A DNA stretch of 64,000 nt, taken from NCBI GenBank assembly GCA_040880305.1, contig JBBDIP010000044.1:15914-79913 (forward strand). The letters run 5' to 3'. This document shows, piece by piece, positions 19,107 through 28,263 of this stretch. Source of the DNA: Bacillota bacterium (lineage in GTDB: Bacteria; Bacillota; Sulfobacillia; Fermentithermobacillales; Fermentithermobacillaceae). The position numbers were made by a program, and so were the translations under genes. Every line of letters starts with the position of its first letter. Position 1 is the stretch's first letter. The notes beneath the pieces are model-generated. The model had not been told where the DNA came from. It ran no database searches and was given only the letters and a program-made list of their open reading frames with translations.

Positions 19107-21092
19107 TTGGAGAAGCATGCGGGGCAAGAGCACCATGAGCATGAACATGATGAGCACGACCACGACGAACACCAACATGAGGGGCACGATCATCACGGCC
19201 ACGTCCACGACAAGGTGGAGCTGACCGAAGAACACGAGCACGGTGGCTCGGTTGCGCCTGTGCTGGTGGGAGCGGCCGGGATCGCTCTGGGGTTCTCGCT
19301 TCAACGTATGGGCGTCTCGTGGTTCTGGGTCAGTTACCTAGTTGGGGCACTAATCGCGGGATATCCTGTGGCCAAGGAGGGCCTCCAGGCCCTCATAGCA
19401 GGCGCGGGAGCCGATATCAATCTGCTCACCTCGGTCGCCGGGGTAGGGGCGCTTGCTCTAGGGGAGTGGGCTGAGGCTGCGGCGGTGCTCACCCTGTTTT
19501 CGGTAGGCGAATACCTGGAAGAGCGGGCATCCGTCAGGGCAAGGAAGTCCATTGGCGAGTTGATGGATCTCTCGCCCAGGACGGCGCGGGTGAAGCGCGG
19601 AGATGAACTGGTCGAAATAGCGGCTGAGGAAGTCGAGCCCGGCGAAGTGGTGGTCGTGTTCCCGGGCGACCGGATACCTGTGGACGGCAGTGTCCAGAAG
19701 GGCGAATCCGCCGTTAACCAGGCACCGATAACCGGCGAATCCGTTCCGGTCGACAAGGGTCCGGACGACCAGGTGTACGCCGGCAGTATCAACGGCGAAG
19801 GCGCCCTGGAAGTGCTATCTACCAGGACTGCCGAGGATACCACCATCGCGAGGATAGTGTCGATGGTTGAGGACGCCCAGTCCAAGAAGGCAAAGTCCCA
19901 GCGGCTGGTGGACTCGTTCGCCCGCTATTGGACCCCTGCCATGATAGGTCTCTCAGTCTTGGTTGGAGTTGGAGCGCCGTTGCTCCTGAGGGTCCCGTTC
20001 CGCCCCTGGGTGTACCGCGCTCTTACTGTGCTGATCGTGTCCTGCCCGTGCTCACTTGTGATCTCCACTCCCGTCACGGTCGTGGCGGCTATCGCGCGCG
20101 CAGCCAGGAACGGGGTGCTGGTGAAGGGCGGCATCCACCTGGAGGACCTGGGACGCGTCCGGGCAGTCGCATTTGACAAGACCGGCACCCTGACCCAGGG
20201 GCGGATCGTGGTCCAACAGGTCGTCCCGGCACCCGGCGTCTCCGAGGACGAGGTAATCCGGCTGGCGGCGTCGGTCGAGGCAAGATCGGAGCACCCGCTG
20301 GCCAAGGCTGTCCTCAACCTGGCCAGTCAGAGGGGCGTCTCCTTTACGGCGGGCGAGCATTTTGCGTCTATCAAGGGCAAAGGCGCCAAGGCAAGAGTAG
20401 TCGACCGCAATGTCTATGTCGGCAACCCGCTCTTGTTCAGCGAGATCGATGTGGACATCCCGGCGGCCATGAAGGACCGGGCGGCGTCGTTGCGCCAGGA
20501 GGGGCAAACGGTTGTCTTCGTGGGCAGCGGTAATTCGCTCTCAGGCTTTATCGGGCTTACGGACGCGATCCGCGAGGAGTCTGTGGCCGCGCTGGGTCGC
20601 TTGCAGGAAATGGGGGTCAGCGTCACCATGCTGACTGGGGACGAGGAGGCTACCGCTCGCGCCGTCGCGGCGCGGACCGGCGTCCGCTCATTTCGCGCGG
20701 GCCTGCTTCCTGGCGACAAGCAGGCAGCGATAGCCGGCATGCGAGAAGAATTCGGGACTGTCGCCATGGTGGGTGACGGCATCAACGACGCGCCATCCTT
20801 GGCAGCGGCGGACGTGGGCATAGCGATGGGGCACGGCGCCGATGTGGCGCTGGAGACGGCCGACGTTGCCCTTCTCACTAATGACCTGGAGAAAGTGGCG
20901 TGGTCGATCAGTTTGGGGCGCAGATCCCGGGGGCTCATACTTCAGAACGTCGCGTTCTCTGTCGCTCTCAAGATGGCGGCGCTGATCGCGGTGCTAGGCG
21001 GCGTGCTCCCGCTCTGGCTTGCGGTCTTGGCGGATTCGGGCGCTGCAGTGCTGGTTACGCTCAACGGCCTTCGAGTGCTGGCGCACAAGTAG
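19107..21092 (+). CDS. Heavy-metal-translocating P1B-type ATPase (Zn/Cd/Co-type) with a His-rich N-terminus instead of an HMA CxxC domain
   Basis: The start is uncertain (TTG near 19107, 19 nt after the arsR stop). The track ORF extends to 18729 only because the frame stays open. The N-terminal tract is EHHEHEHDEHDHDEHQHEGHDHHGHVHD. The CPC transmembrane metal site is present (VSCPCSLVISTP), together with DKTGTLT and GDGINDAP. Confidence 0.85.
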   Translation: MEKHAGQEHHEHEHDEHDHDEHQHEGHDHHGHVHDKVELTEEHEHGGSVAPVLVGAAGIALGFSLQRMGVSWFWVSYLVGALIAGYPVAKEGLQALIAGAGADINLLTSVAGVGALALGEWAEAAAVLTLFSVGEYLEERASVRARKSIGELMDLSPRTARVKRGDELVEIAAEEVEPGEVVVVFPGDRIPVDGSVQKGESAVNQAPITGESVPVDKGPDDQVYAGSINGEGALEVLSTRTAEDTTIARIVSMVEDAQSKKAKSQRLVDSFARYWTPAMIGLSVLVGVGAPLLLRVPFRPWVYRALTVLIVSCPCSLVISTPVTVVAAIARAARNGVLVKGGIHLEDLGRVRAVAFDKTGTLTQGRIVVQQVVPAPGVSEDEVIRLAASVEARSEHPLAKAVLNLASQRGVSFTAGEHFASIKGKGAKARVVDRNVYVGNPLLFSEIDVDIPAAMKDRAASLRQEGQTVVFVGSGNSLSGFIGLTDAIREESVAALGRLQEMGVSVTMLTGDEEATARAVAARTGVRSFRAGLLPGDKQAAIAGMREEFGTVAMVGDGINDAPSLAAADVGIAMGHGADVALETADVALLTNDLEKVAWSISLGRRSRGLILQNVAFSVALKMAALIAVLGGVLPLWLAVLADSGAAVLVTLNGLRVLAHK

Positions 21093-21152
21093 AGAGAAAC
21101 CCCGAGTAGTGTTCGCTGCGACCTTGAGCGGTATTCCCCTCTCCAATACTTC

Positions 21153-23846
21153 TTGCCTCGGAAGTCCTCTCATAAGAATTGCAGAGTGACTCTTGGGTTG
21201 GAGGTCGATCGACGGTTGGCTCCAGAATGGCATACACAGGCATCTTCTTACACTGCGCACGCCCTTGCTTCGGACGAGAGGAAAGGACTGGGACGCAGGG
21301 AAGCCGCGAGAAGACTCAAGGTTGCAGGGCCAAATCGTCTCACGATGCGGAAGCGTCCGGGGATAATCTCTATTTTTGCCTCCCAGTTCAAGGACCCGAT
21401 GGTGCTTACATTGCTGGCTGCGACCGTAGTGTCGGCGGCGATGCGGGAGACGCTGGATGCAGCGGTGATAGCCGCCATCGTGGTGGTGAACGCTGTGCTG
21501 GGGACGGTCCAGGAGCACCGGGCGGAAAGCTCCTTGGAGGCTTTGGAGAACTACGCTCCGCCCAGCGCCCGGGTTATCCGCGACGGCGAGGTCGTCGAGA
21601 TCGCCCGAGAGAGCGTGGTCCCTGGAGACCTCATCACGCTTTGGCCGGGCACCCGCGTGCCGGCTGATGGACGGCTGGTCAGTTCCAGATCGCTTCAGGC
21701 GGAAGAAGCCGCTCTGACCGGGGAATCTCTCCCCTCGAGCAAGGACGCCCACTTGGTCCTCCAACCCCGGGTCACCCTGCCGGAGAGAAAGAACATGGTC
21801 TACGGCGGAACCCTGGTGACTCGTGGAGAAGGCGTCGCGTTAGTGGTCGCGACGGGGATGGACACCGAGATGGGGAAGATCGCGGGCATGGTCGGCTCGG
21901 CCACAACGCAGACCACTCCCTTGGAGCAGCGCCTGCAGTCGCTGGGGAAGGTCATCCTCATCTCCTGCGTGGGCATCTGCGTGGTGCTGGTCGCCCTGGG
22001 GCTCCTTCGAGGGCTGCCCTTCCACGACATGTTCCTCACGGGAGTCAGCCTTGCGGTAGCTGCCGTGCCTGAGGGGCTCCCGGCTGTGGTCACTCTGTCC
22101 TTCGCCTTCGGGGTCCAGCGGATGGTCAAGAACGGCGCCATCGTCCGCAGGCTCGAAGCAATTGAGACTCTGGGCTCCATCACCGTGATCTGCGCTGATA
22201 AGACGGGAACCCTTACAAAGAACCGCATGGAGGTAGTGGGAGTCGCGGGTCCCGAAGACCTCCTTAGCGCGGCGGGAGCCATTTCGCGTGACGTCCACAG
22301 AGAACGTTTGTGGGCGGACATACTACGCGTGGCACTTCTCGCGTCCGACGCTAGGCACATGCCGGGCGGCAGCGAGACCACGGGGGAGGATCCCACTGAG
22401 CAAGCCATCGTCGCCGGCGCCCATGGCGCAGGGCTCGATGTTCTCTCCTTGGATGAACGTTGCCCGCGAGTCTTCGAACGCTCCTTCACGCCTGAGAGAC
22501 GGATGATGAGCGTCAAGGTGCAGACCGAAGAGGGGGCGCTGGTTTGCGTAAAGGGAGCTTCAGACACGGTAATTCCGGTGTGCAGGAGCCAGATGGTGAA
22601 TGGCAGGGTCGTGGCCTTGGGGGATACGGACAGGCAGGCCTGGGTCAGGTGGGTGGAGGCCCGGGCGGCCCAAGGGATGAGGGTCCTGGCCGTGGCCGAA
22701 CGGCGGGAGGGCGTCTCCTCGCGAAGCGTAAAGGATTACGAGGAGGACGACCTGTGCCTTCGCGGGTGCCTTTCCATGGCGGATCCACTGCGTCCGGAAG
22801 CAGGTCCGGGAGTGGAGCGGTGCAAGAAAGCCGGTATCAGGCCGGTGCTCATAACCGGAGACCACTTGTTGACCGCGGAGAGCGTCGCCCGCCAGGCGGG
22901 AATCCTTTCCCCGGAAGGGCGGGGGATGACGGGGGAGATGCTGGAGAGGATCCCGCCGGGTCGCCTCAAGCAGGCCATCGATGAGTGCCGGGTCTTCGCT
23001 CGGGTATCGCCTGCGCACAAGCTGAAGATTGTCAGGAACCTCAAGGCCTTGGGACATGTTGTGGCCATGACCGGGGACGGGGTGAACGACGCTCCGGCCC
23101 TCAAGGAAGCCGCCGTCGGCGTGGCCATGGGACTGACCGGCACCGACGTGGCGCGCCAGGCCAGCTCGATGGTGCTCCTTGACGACAACTTCTCGACAAT
23201 CGTGAAGGCGGTGGAGGAAGGCCGGTCCATCTACGACAACGTGAGGAAGTTCATCCGCTACCTCTTCTCATGCAATCTGGGCGAGGTCATCACGATGCTG
23301 GTCGCGACAGCATTTGGCCTCCCGCTCCCGCTTTCGGCGGCGGAGCTTCTGTGGATCAACCTGGTGACCGACGGGCTGCCGGCCCTAGCTCTATCCAGGG
23401 ACCCGCCCGACAAGGACATCATGAGCCGGCCTCCCAGGGACCCTGCTGAGAGCCTGTTCGCCCGCGGATTGTGGCGACGGATAGTGACCAGGGGCGTTTA
23501 CGTCGGCGGGGTCACCTTGCTGGTATTTATCTGGAGCCTTTCCACCGCCGGCCTTGAGGTCGCCTCGACAATGGCCTATGCCACCCTGGTCACGGTGCAG
23601 CTGATAGCGGCGTTCGACTGCAGGTCGGAGGAGAAGTCCATAGCCGAGATGGGCCTCTTCTCAAACATGTACCTGGCCCTCGCCTGCGCTCTGTCCTGGC
23701 TCATGCTGCTGGTCACGATCCAGTGGAAGCCGCTCTCCTCGCTGTTCCGTACCGTCCCCCTCAGCGTAGCCCAATGGGCGGTGGTGTTCTTGTGCTCTGT
23801 GTTCCCAGACTTGTTCGGCGCCGCCTTCTCAGGTCGCAAAGAGTGA
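21153..23846 (+). CDS. P2-type cation-transporting ATPase (Ca2+-ATPase-like, YloB-type)
   Basis: ICADKTGTLTKNRM, VAMTGDGVNDAPALK, and a 10-TM P2A architecture at ~880 aa. The start is uncertain: TTG 21153, GTG 21186 and TTG 21198 are all candidates, none with a strong RBS. Confidence 0.85.
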   Translation: MPRKSSHKNCRVTLGLEVDRRLAPEWHTQASSYTAHALASDERKGLGRREAARRLKVAGPNRLTMRKRPGIISIFASQFKDPMVLTLLAATVVSAAMRETLDAAVIAAIVVVNAVLGTVQEHRAESSLEALENYAPPSARVIRDGEVVEIARESVVPGDLITLWPGTRVPADGRLVSSRSLQAEEAALTGESLPSSKDAHLVLQPRVTLPERKNMVYGGTLVTRGEGVALVVATGMDTEMGKIAGMVGSATTQTTPLEQRLQSLGKVILISCVGICVVLVALGLLRGLPFHDMFLTGVSLAVAAVPEGLPAVVTLSFAFGVQRMVKNGAIVRRLEAIETLGSITVICADKTGTLTKNRMEVVGVAGPEDLLSAAGAISRDVHRERLWADILRVALLASDARHMPGGSETTGEDPTEQAIVAGAHGAGLDVLSLDERCPRVFERSFTPERRMMSVKVQTEEGALVCVKGASDTVIPVCRSQMVNGRVVALGDTDRQAWVRWVEARAAQGMRVLAVAERREGVSSRSVKDYEEDDLCLRGCLSMADPLRPEAGPGVERCKKAGIRPVLITGDHLLTAESVARQAGILSPEGRGMTGEMLERIPPGRLKQAIDECRVFARVSPAHKLKIVRNLKALGHVVAMTGDGVNDAPALKEAAVGVAMGLTGTDVARQASSMVLLDDNFSTIVKAVEEGRSIYDNVRKFIRYLFSCNLGEVITMLVATAFGLPLPLSAAELLWINLVTDGLPALALSRDPPDKDIMSRPPRDPAESLFARGLWRRIVTRGVYVGGVTLLVFIWSLSTAGLEVASTMAYATLVTVQLIAAFDCRSEEKSIAEMGLFSNMYLALACALSWLMLLVTIQWKPLSSLFRTVPLSVAQWAVVFLCSVFPDLFGAAFSGRKE

Positions 23847-25127
23847 TTCGGCCCTGGCCTCGCGGACCCGCTTCTTGATCTCCTCCGGGTCCTCCTGGTA
23901 GAGTCCCAAGTCCTTCATTCTGGTGAAGAACACGGATCCGGCGAACGTGTATGACGCGCCCAGGCCTTGTGACCCGGCGGCGGCCGGTCCGCCACCGGCG
24001 TCTACCGCGCACTGGGCGATGTAGTCGCCCGTCGCGAGGGATGGCGATATGGTGCACTCACGCTTCCCTTGGGCCTGTAGGCCGGCATTTCTGCCCGCCA
24101 AGGCCCCGGTCACGATGGCCTCGGTGTGGCCGACGCATATCCCTGCCCGCTCGCCTCCTACGTAAAGGTTCACCGCACCTTGGACCTTCATAGTCCTCTC
24201 TCTGGGCGACACCGCGGTGAGACGCACCGAGTTTCCCCTGCTGCCGCCCAGTGGGTCGGCGTATCTGGCGTCCTCCAGCCCGGGAAGGGTGCGCAGGTCC
24301 TCAACAGGGAAGTAGGGCGACATGAGTTTGGCGTGCCCGGTGTCCAAAAGCACGACCGAGTCCGCGTACTCAGGGAGCGCGTACTGCTGGCACACTTTGG
24401 TCTCGAGTTTCTTGGTGTTCACGAGCTTCTTGGGGAGGGGGATTACCACGACGCCCTTGGCCTCGAGTTCTTCCCTCACCGGCGCCGAGAGAGTCTCCTT
24501 GTAGATCTTGCACGACCCCGACATGGCGCCGTAGGAGCCCTTCCTCCTGGTGCACATGAACTCGGGCAGGGACAAGAGCGAGGTCAAGCTGACCCGTGGA
24601 CCAAAGGATGGGCAGCGCTGTATGCAGCAGGCGCACCCGTTTCCAAGCCTCTGGCACAGGCCGGGCGGGCCTGAGGACCCCGTGGTGTCCACGAAGGCGG
24701 CGGCCGAGTAGCTGTCGCCGTCCTCGGCCACGACCGCGGTAATGGCGCCAGAAGAGCTGCGCAACCCTGTGACCCGCTTGCCGAAGTAGAGCGCGATCCC
24801 CTTCTGTTGAAGCAGTCTCCTCACTTCGGGCTCTATCTTGAGCACGTCATAGAGGCTCGCGTGGATGTGGCCGGGGAAAGTGATCCCAGTGTGGCGCGAG
24901 AGCCGGTCCGTCAGCTGAAAGAGGTCACCGAACCCCATGGCGATGGCCTCTTCGGCGGCGGTGAACCGGCCGTTATTGCGCATGATCCCTCCGACCAGGC
25001 CTGCTCCCAGGAGCATATCGGTCCGCTCGCAGATCCCCACGTCAGAGCCGGCCGCGCGTGCGGCGAGAGCCGCGGAGACCCCGGCCCAGCCGCCGCCGAC
25101 CACCAGTACCTCATGATGTTTCTTCAA
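23829..25127 (-). CDS. FAD-dependent oxidoreductase with a Cys-rich insert
   Basis: N-terminal dinucleotide-binding motif VLVVGGGWAGVSAALAARAAG. The cysteine cluster is GNGCACCIQRCPSFG. The gene overlaps the 3' end of the ATPase by 18 nt on the opposite strand. Confidence 0.65.
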   Translation of the reverse strand: MKKHHEVLVVGGGWAGVSAALAARAAGSDVGICERTDMLLGAGLVGGIMRNNGRFTAAEEAIAMGFGDLFQLTDRLSRHTGITFPGHIHASLYDVLKIEPEVRRLLQQKGIALYFGKRVTGLRSSSGAITAVVAEDGDSYSAAAFVDTTGSSGPPGLCQRLGNGCACCIQRCPSFGPRVSLTSLLSLPEFMCTRRKGSYGAMSGSCKIYKETLSAPVREELEAKGVVVIPLPKKLVNTKKLETKVCQQYALPEYADSVVLLDTGHAKLMSPYFPVEDLRTLPGLEDARYADPLGGSRGNSVRLTAVSPRERTMKVQGAVNLYVGGERAGICVGHTEAIVTGALAGRNAGLQAQGKRECTISPSLATGDYIAQCAVDAGGGPAAAGSQGLGASYTFAGSVFFTRMKDLGLYQEDPEEIKKRVREARAESLFAT

Positions 25128-25156
25128 ATGAAATTCCTCCCAAGGGAGCGTAATGG

Positions 25157-26230
25157 CTATAAACTTAGGGCCTGCTCAGCGGCCAGGTTTGCCTTGCAGC
25201 CCCGCAGACCGCTGTGAAGGCACGACCCGCAGATCCCTTCCGCGCAGGTCATCGTGAGGTTTGACGACCATGCGAACGCAGGAGGGCTATCCATCGAGGC
25301 AAGTAGGCCCAGGAGAGCGCGGTGCTGCTGGTCGGAGCCCTCGCTGATTAGGAGGTCGTATCCCCCGGAGCAAAGCTCACTGTAGAACCGGGCCAGGTTG
25401 TGGTCCTTGCTCCTTGGCAGGACCTCGACCGCCGCGCCCTCACTGCGGAGCAGGTCGTCCACAAAGACCTCGCCTATCAACCCGGATCCCAAGAGGGCCT
25501 TGAGATAGCCGCCGTGGCTCAAGACGTAGAAGGCGGCGTTGAGCGCTGGGGCTTGGCCGATGCCCTTGGCGATCACCAGCACTCTGCCCCCAGAATAGCG
25601 CCTAAGGCTGGCCGACCCCTGGAGTCCCGACCAGTAGGGCGCTATCACCGTGACGCGGTCTCCCGTTTTGGATGCCCTGCTCAAGGCGATGGTCTTCGGC
25701 CCACGTACTTCCACGGCAACCGTAACCGATTCGTCGCGGACCTGCATGACCGAGATCGGGACGTTGAACCGGTCTGGAGACTTAGGCGGACGTAGCATTA
25801 CGAATGAACCTGGGAAGACACACCACGAGGCGGTCCGACGCGGCACCGCAAGCCCGAGGACGAAGGCACCTTCCTGACCCGGGGGCGCTGGCAAGTCAGT
25901 GCGGCTAAGGACGTGGGCGAGGAGCTCCCGCCGGGCGGGGACCGCGTGCTTGCGACGGGTAAACTCCTGGTAAACGCAAAGGCCGCTCCACCCGCAGCGG
26001 CACACTTCTTCGCCGCGGATGAGGGAGCAGGCAACGCACTGTCCCAAGAAAGCGAGATCGCAGGGGCAGTACTGGGACCCGGCGTCGAAGCAGGGCGCTG
26101 ATGTTCCGCGCGGGGGCGAATAGGCAATACTCATGTGACTCCCCCTTTCTCCCTCAGGGTATGTGGTCCGTAGTCCCTTGGTCCCGCATACCCGGCAGCG
26201 GAGGGGGGCAAAAGGATCCCATGCGTACAA
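25157..26230 (-). CDS. PyrK/ferredoxin-NADP-reductase-like FAD/NAD(P)-binding electron-transfer subunit with a Cys-rich N-terminal extension and a C-terminal 2Fe-2S motif
   Basis: The C-terminal MTCAEGICGSCL motif is the PyrK-type CxGxCxxC cluster motif. The N-terminal ~90 aa contain about 10 Cys (CRVCGTKG...CPCDLAFLGQCVACS...CRCGWSGLC). Confidence 0.6.
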   Translation of the reverse strand: MYAWDPFAPLRCRVCGTKGLRTTYPEGERGSHMSIAYSPPRGTSAPCFDAGSQYCPCDLAFLGQCVACSLIRGEEVCRCGWSGLCVYQEFTRRKHAVPARRELLAHVLSRTDLPAPPGQEGAFVLGLAVPRRTASWCVFPGSFVMLRPPKSPDRFNVPISVMQVRDESVTVAVEVRGPKTIALSRASKTGDRVTVIAPYWSGLQGSASLRRYSGGRVLVIAKGIGQAPALNAAFYVLSHGGYLKALLGSGLIGEVFVDDLLRSEGAAVEVLPRSKDHNLARFYSELCSGGYDLLISEGSDQQHRALLGLLASMDSPPAFAWSSNLTMTCAEGICGSCLHSGLRGCKANLAAEQALSL

Positions 26231-28263
26231 CCGAAAAGCGGCCTTCCCCCTCGCCAGGGTTCACTTATGTGGCTCCGTCGCTCCAGGAGTGGCTGGAGAC
26301 CGACGGCCTGGGGGGGTTCGCCTCATCTACCACGGCCGGGATAAACACCAGGCGCTACCACGGGTGGCTGTTTCTTGCGGCCAGAGAAGGCGGCGAGCGC
26401 TTTTTGGCGCTCTCAAAGATCCACGATTCGGCCGTAACCCCTTGGGGGGAGTTCGACCTGTCCACCAGCTACTATCCCGGCGGCAGGCACCCCCAAGGCG
26501 TCACCAACCTTTGGTTTTTCAAAAAGGACCCGCTCCCGTCGTTTACCTTCAACCTGGCGGGGAGGTTCCTCACCCGGGAGATCTTCATGGAAAAAGGGTC
26601 GCCGGGGGTCTTTTGCCGCTACCTTCCCGAGACGCGGCCCGGGGGTATGGTGATCACGCTGTCCGCCCGGCCAATGTGCAATTACAGGTCCTACCACCAC
26701 ACCGCCAAAGCCGGGTCCTGGGACCCCCGCGTGCGCGCGGCCGGCTCCGGCGCCGTTATCGAAGGGCACCCGGCCTGCGGGGAACTGCTGCTCCTTTTCC
26801 ACAATGCGTCTTTTCAAAGCGACCCAAAGTGGTACTACAACATGATCTATCCCCGCGAGACCTCCCGTGGGCTCGACGATACGGAAGACCATTTCAGCCC
26901 CGGCACTTTCACGCTGGAGGTCTCGCCCGGCGCGCCCGGGTACTTCTGGGCGGGGCCTCTTCCGTCCGGGAGATCTGTCGAGGAACTTGCGCAAGACTTG
27001 CCGCGCCGGTACGAAGAAGCCCGGCAGCGGGAAGTGCGGCGAAGGACTGAGATCCTGGGAATCTCGCCGCCTGCGACCAAAAGGTTGTGGTCGCTGCCCG
27101 GGAGACTTGATTTGGCGGGAGACCAGTTCGTAGTGAACGCCAAGAGTGGCACCGCCATAATCGCCGGGTACCACTGGTTTGGCGAGTGGGGCAGAGACGC
27201 GTTCATCGCTTTGCCCGGTCTGCTTCTCTGTACCGGCCGCTTCGCCGAAGCAAGGCAGGTGTTCGCGCGGTTCTGCGCGGCAATGAGGGAGGGGCTGGTC
27301 CCCAACCTGTTCGGGGAGGGGGGCGGGGCCCTCTACAACTCGGTGGACGCGTCGTTGTGGATGATTCGCTCTCTAGCACGGTACGAGGCCTATTCCGGCG
27401 ACAACGCGTTCCCCATATCGCTCCTGCCGCACCTGCAGGAAATCGTGCGGGCATATGTCTTCGGCACCATGTACGGTATCCGCGCCGGCCCGGAGGGGCT
27501 TCTGCAAGCAGGTGGGGGCGACACCCAGGTCACCTGGATGGACGCCTGCGCGGATGGGTCTCCTGTGACCCCGCGTCAGGGGCATCCCGTCGAGGTCAAC
27601 GGGCTTTGGATATCCGCTCTGGAGGCGGTCGGGAGGTGGACCGCGGCAGCCGGCGGGAACGACGCCTCCAAGTATCTGAACCTCGCGCGCTCGGCCCTAT
27701 CCGAGTTCAAGCGGTCATTTACCTGGCCTGGGGTGGGGCTCTACGACAGGCTGGACGCGGACGGGCCGGTCAAGGAGGTCAGGCCAAACCAGGTGATCGC
27801 GGCATCTCTTCCCGCCGTTCGCTTGCCACTCTCGACCCTACGGGACGTATGGGAGACAGCCGTCGCGCGTCTTTTGACCCCTCGCGGCCTGCGGACGCTG
27901 GATCCGGGGGATCCAGCGTATCGTGGCTCCTACAAAGGGAATCCTGCCGAAAGGGACGCCGCATACCACCAAGGGACCGCGTGGCCGTGGCTGGTAGGCC
28001 CCCTGTATGACCTCGCCGCCAAACTTGACCGCGCCTGTGGGTACGTTTCGGGGCACGGGCCTTACGGAGGCCTGGTCGTGAACCGGGCCCTTCCCGGCGT
28101 GGTCCACCTGGATCGCAACCCGTGCATGGGATCGATATTTGAGGTCGCTTCGGGGGACTGGCCGTTTGAGCCGGGCGGGGCCATAGCCCAGGCGTGGAGT
28201 GTGGGAGAGGCCCGAAGGGTGATTGACCGGGCACTATATGAGAAAAGGGGCGGACGCCGTTGA
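26221..28263 (+). CDS. Glycogen-debranching-enzyme-family protein (GDE N-terminal plus amylo-alpha-1,6-glucosidase C-terminal domains)
   Basis: The N-terminus EWLETDGLGGFASSTTAGINTRRYHGWL is the GDE_N signature. The C-terminal HQGTAWPWL region fits the six-hairpin domain. An AGGA RBS precedes the ATG at 26221. The track ORF starting at 26101 is an upstream extension. Confidence 0.8.
   Translation: MRTTEKRPSPSPGFTYVAPSLQEWLETDGLGGFASSTTAGINTRRYHGWLFLAAREGGERFLALSKIHDSAVTPWGEFDLSTSYYPGGRHPQGVTNLWFFKKDPLPSFTFNLAGRFLTREIFMEKGSPGVFCRYLPETRPGGMVITLSARPMCNYRSYHHTAKAGSWDPRVRAAGSGAVIEGHPACGELLLLFHNASFQSDPKWYYNMIYPRETSRGLDDTEDHFSPGTFTLEVSPGAPGYFWAGPLPSGRSVEELAQDLPRRYEEARQREVRRRTEILGISPPATKRLWSLPGRLDLAGDQFVVNAKSGTAIIAGYHWFGEWGRDAFIALPGLLLCTGRFAEARQVFARFCAAMREGLVPNLFGEGGGALYNSVDASLWMIRSLARYEAYSGDNAFPISLLPHLQEIVRAYVFGTMYGIRAGPEGLLQAGGGDTQVTWMDACADGSPVTPRQGHPVEVNGLWISALEAVGRWTAAAGGNDASKYLNLARSALSEFKRSFTWPGVGLYDRLDADGPVKEVRPNQVIAASLPAVRLPLSTLRDVWETAVARLLTPRGLRTLDPGDPAYRGSYKGNPAERDAAYHQGTAWPWLVGPLYDLAAKLDRACGYVSGHGPYGGLVVNRALPGVVHLDRNPCMGSIFEVASGDWPFEPGGAIAQAWSVGEARRVIDRALYEKRGGRR

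Noticed and set aside
21800-23230. Several 150-255 aa minus-strand ORFs inside the Ca-ATPase gene
   Set aside because: They are antisense to a P-type ATPase with all canonical motifs on the plus strand.
26101-26220. Upstream 40-aa extension of the GDE ORF (start at 26101)
   Set aside because: The extension overlaps the N-terminus of the minus-strand PyrK-like gene and lacks an RBS. The ATG at 26221 has an AGGA RBS and matches the conserved GDE N-terminus.
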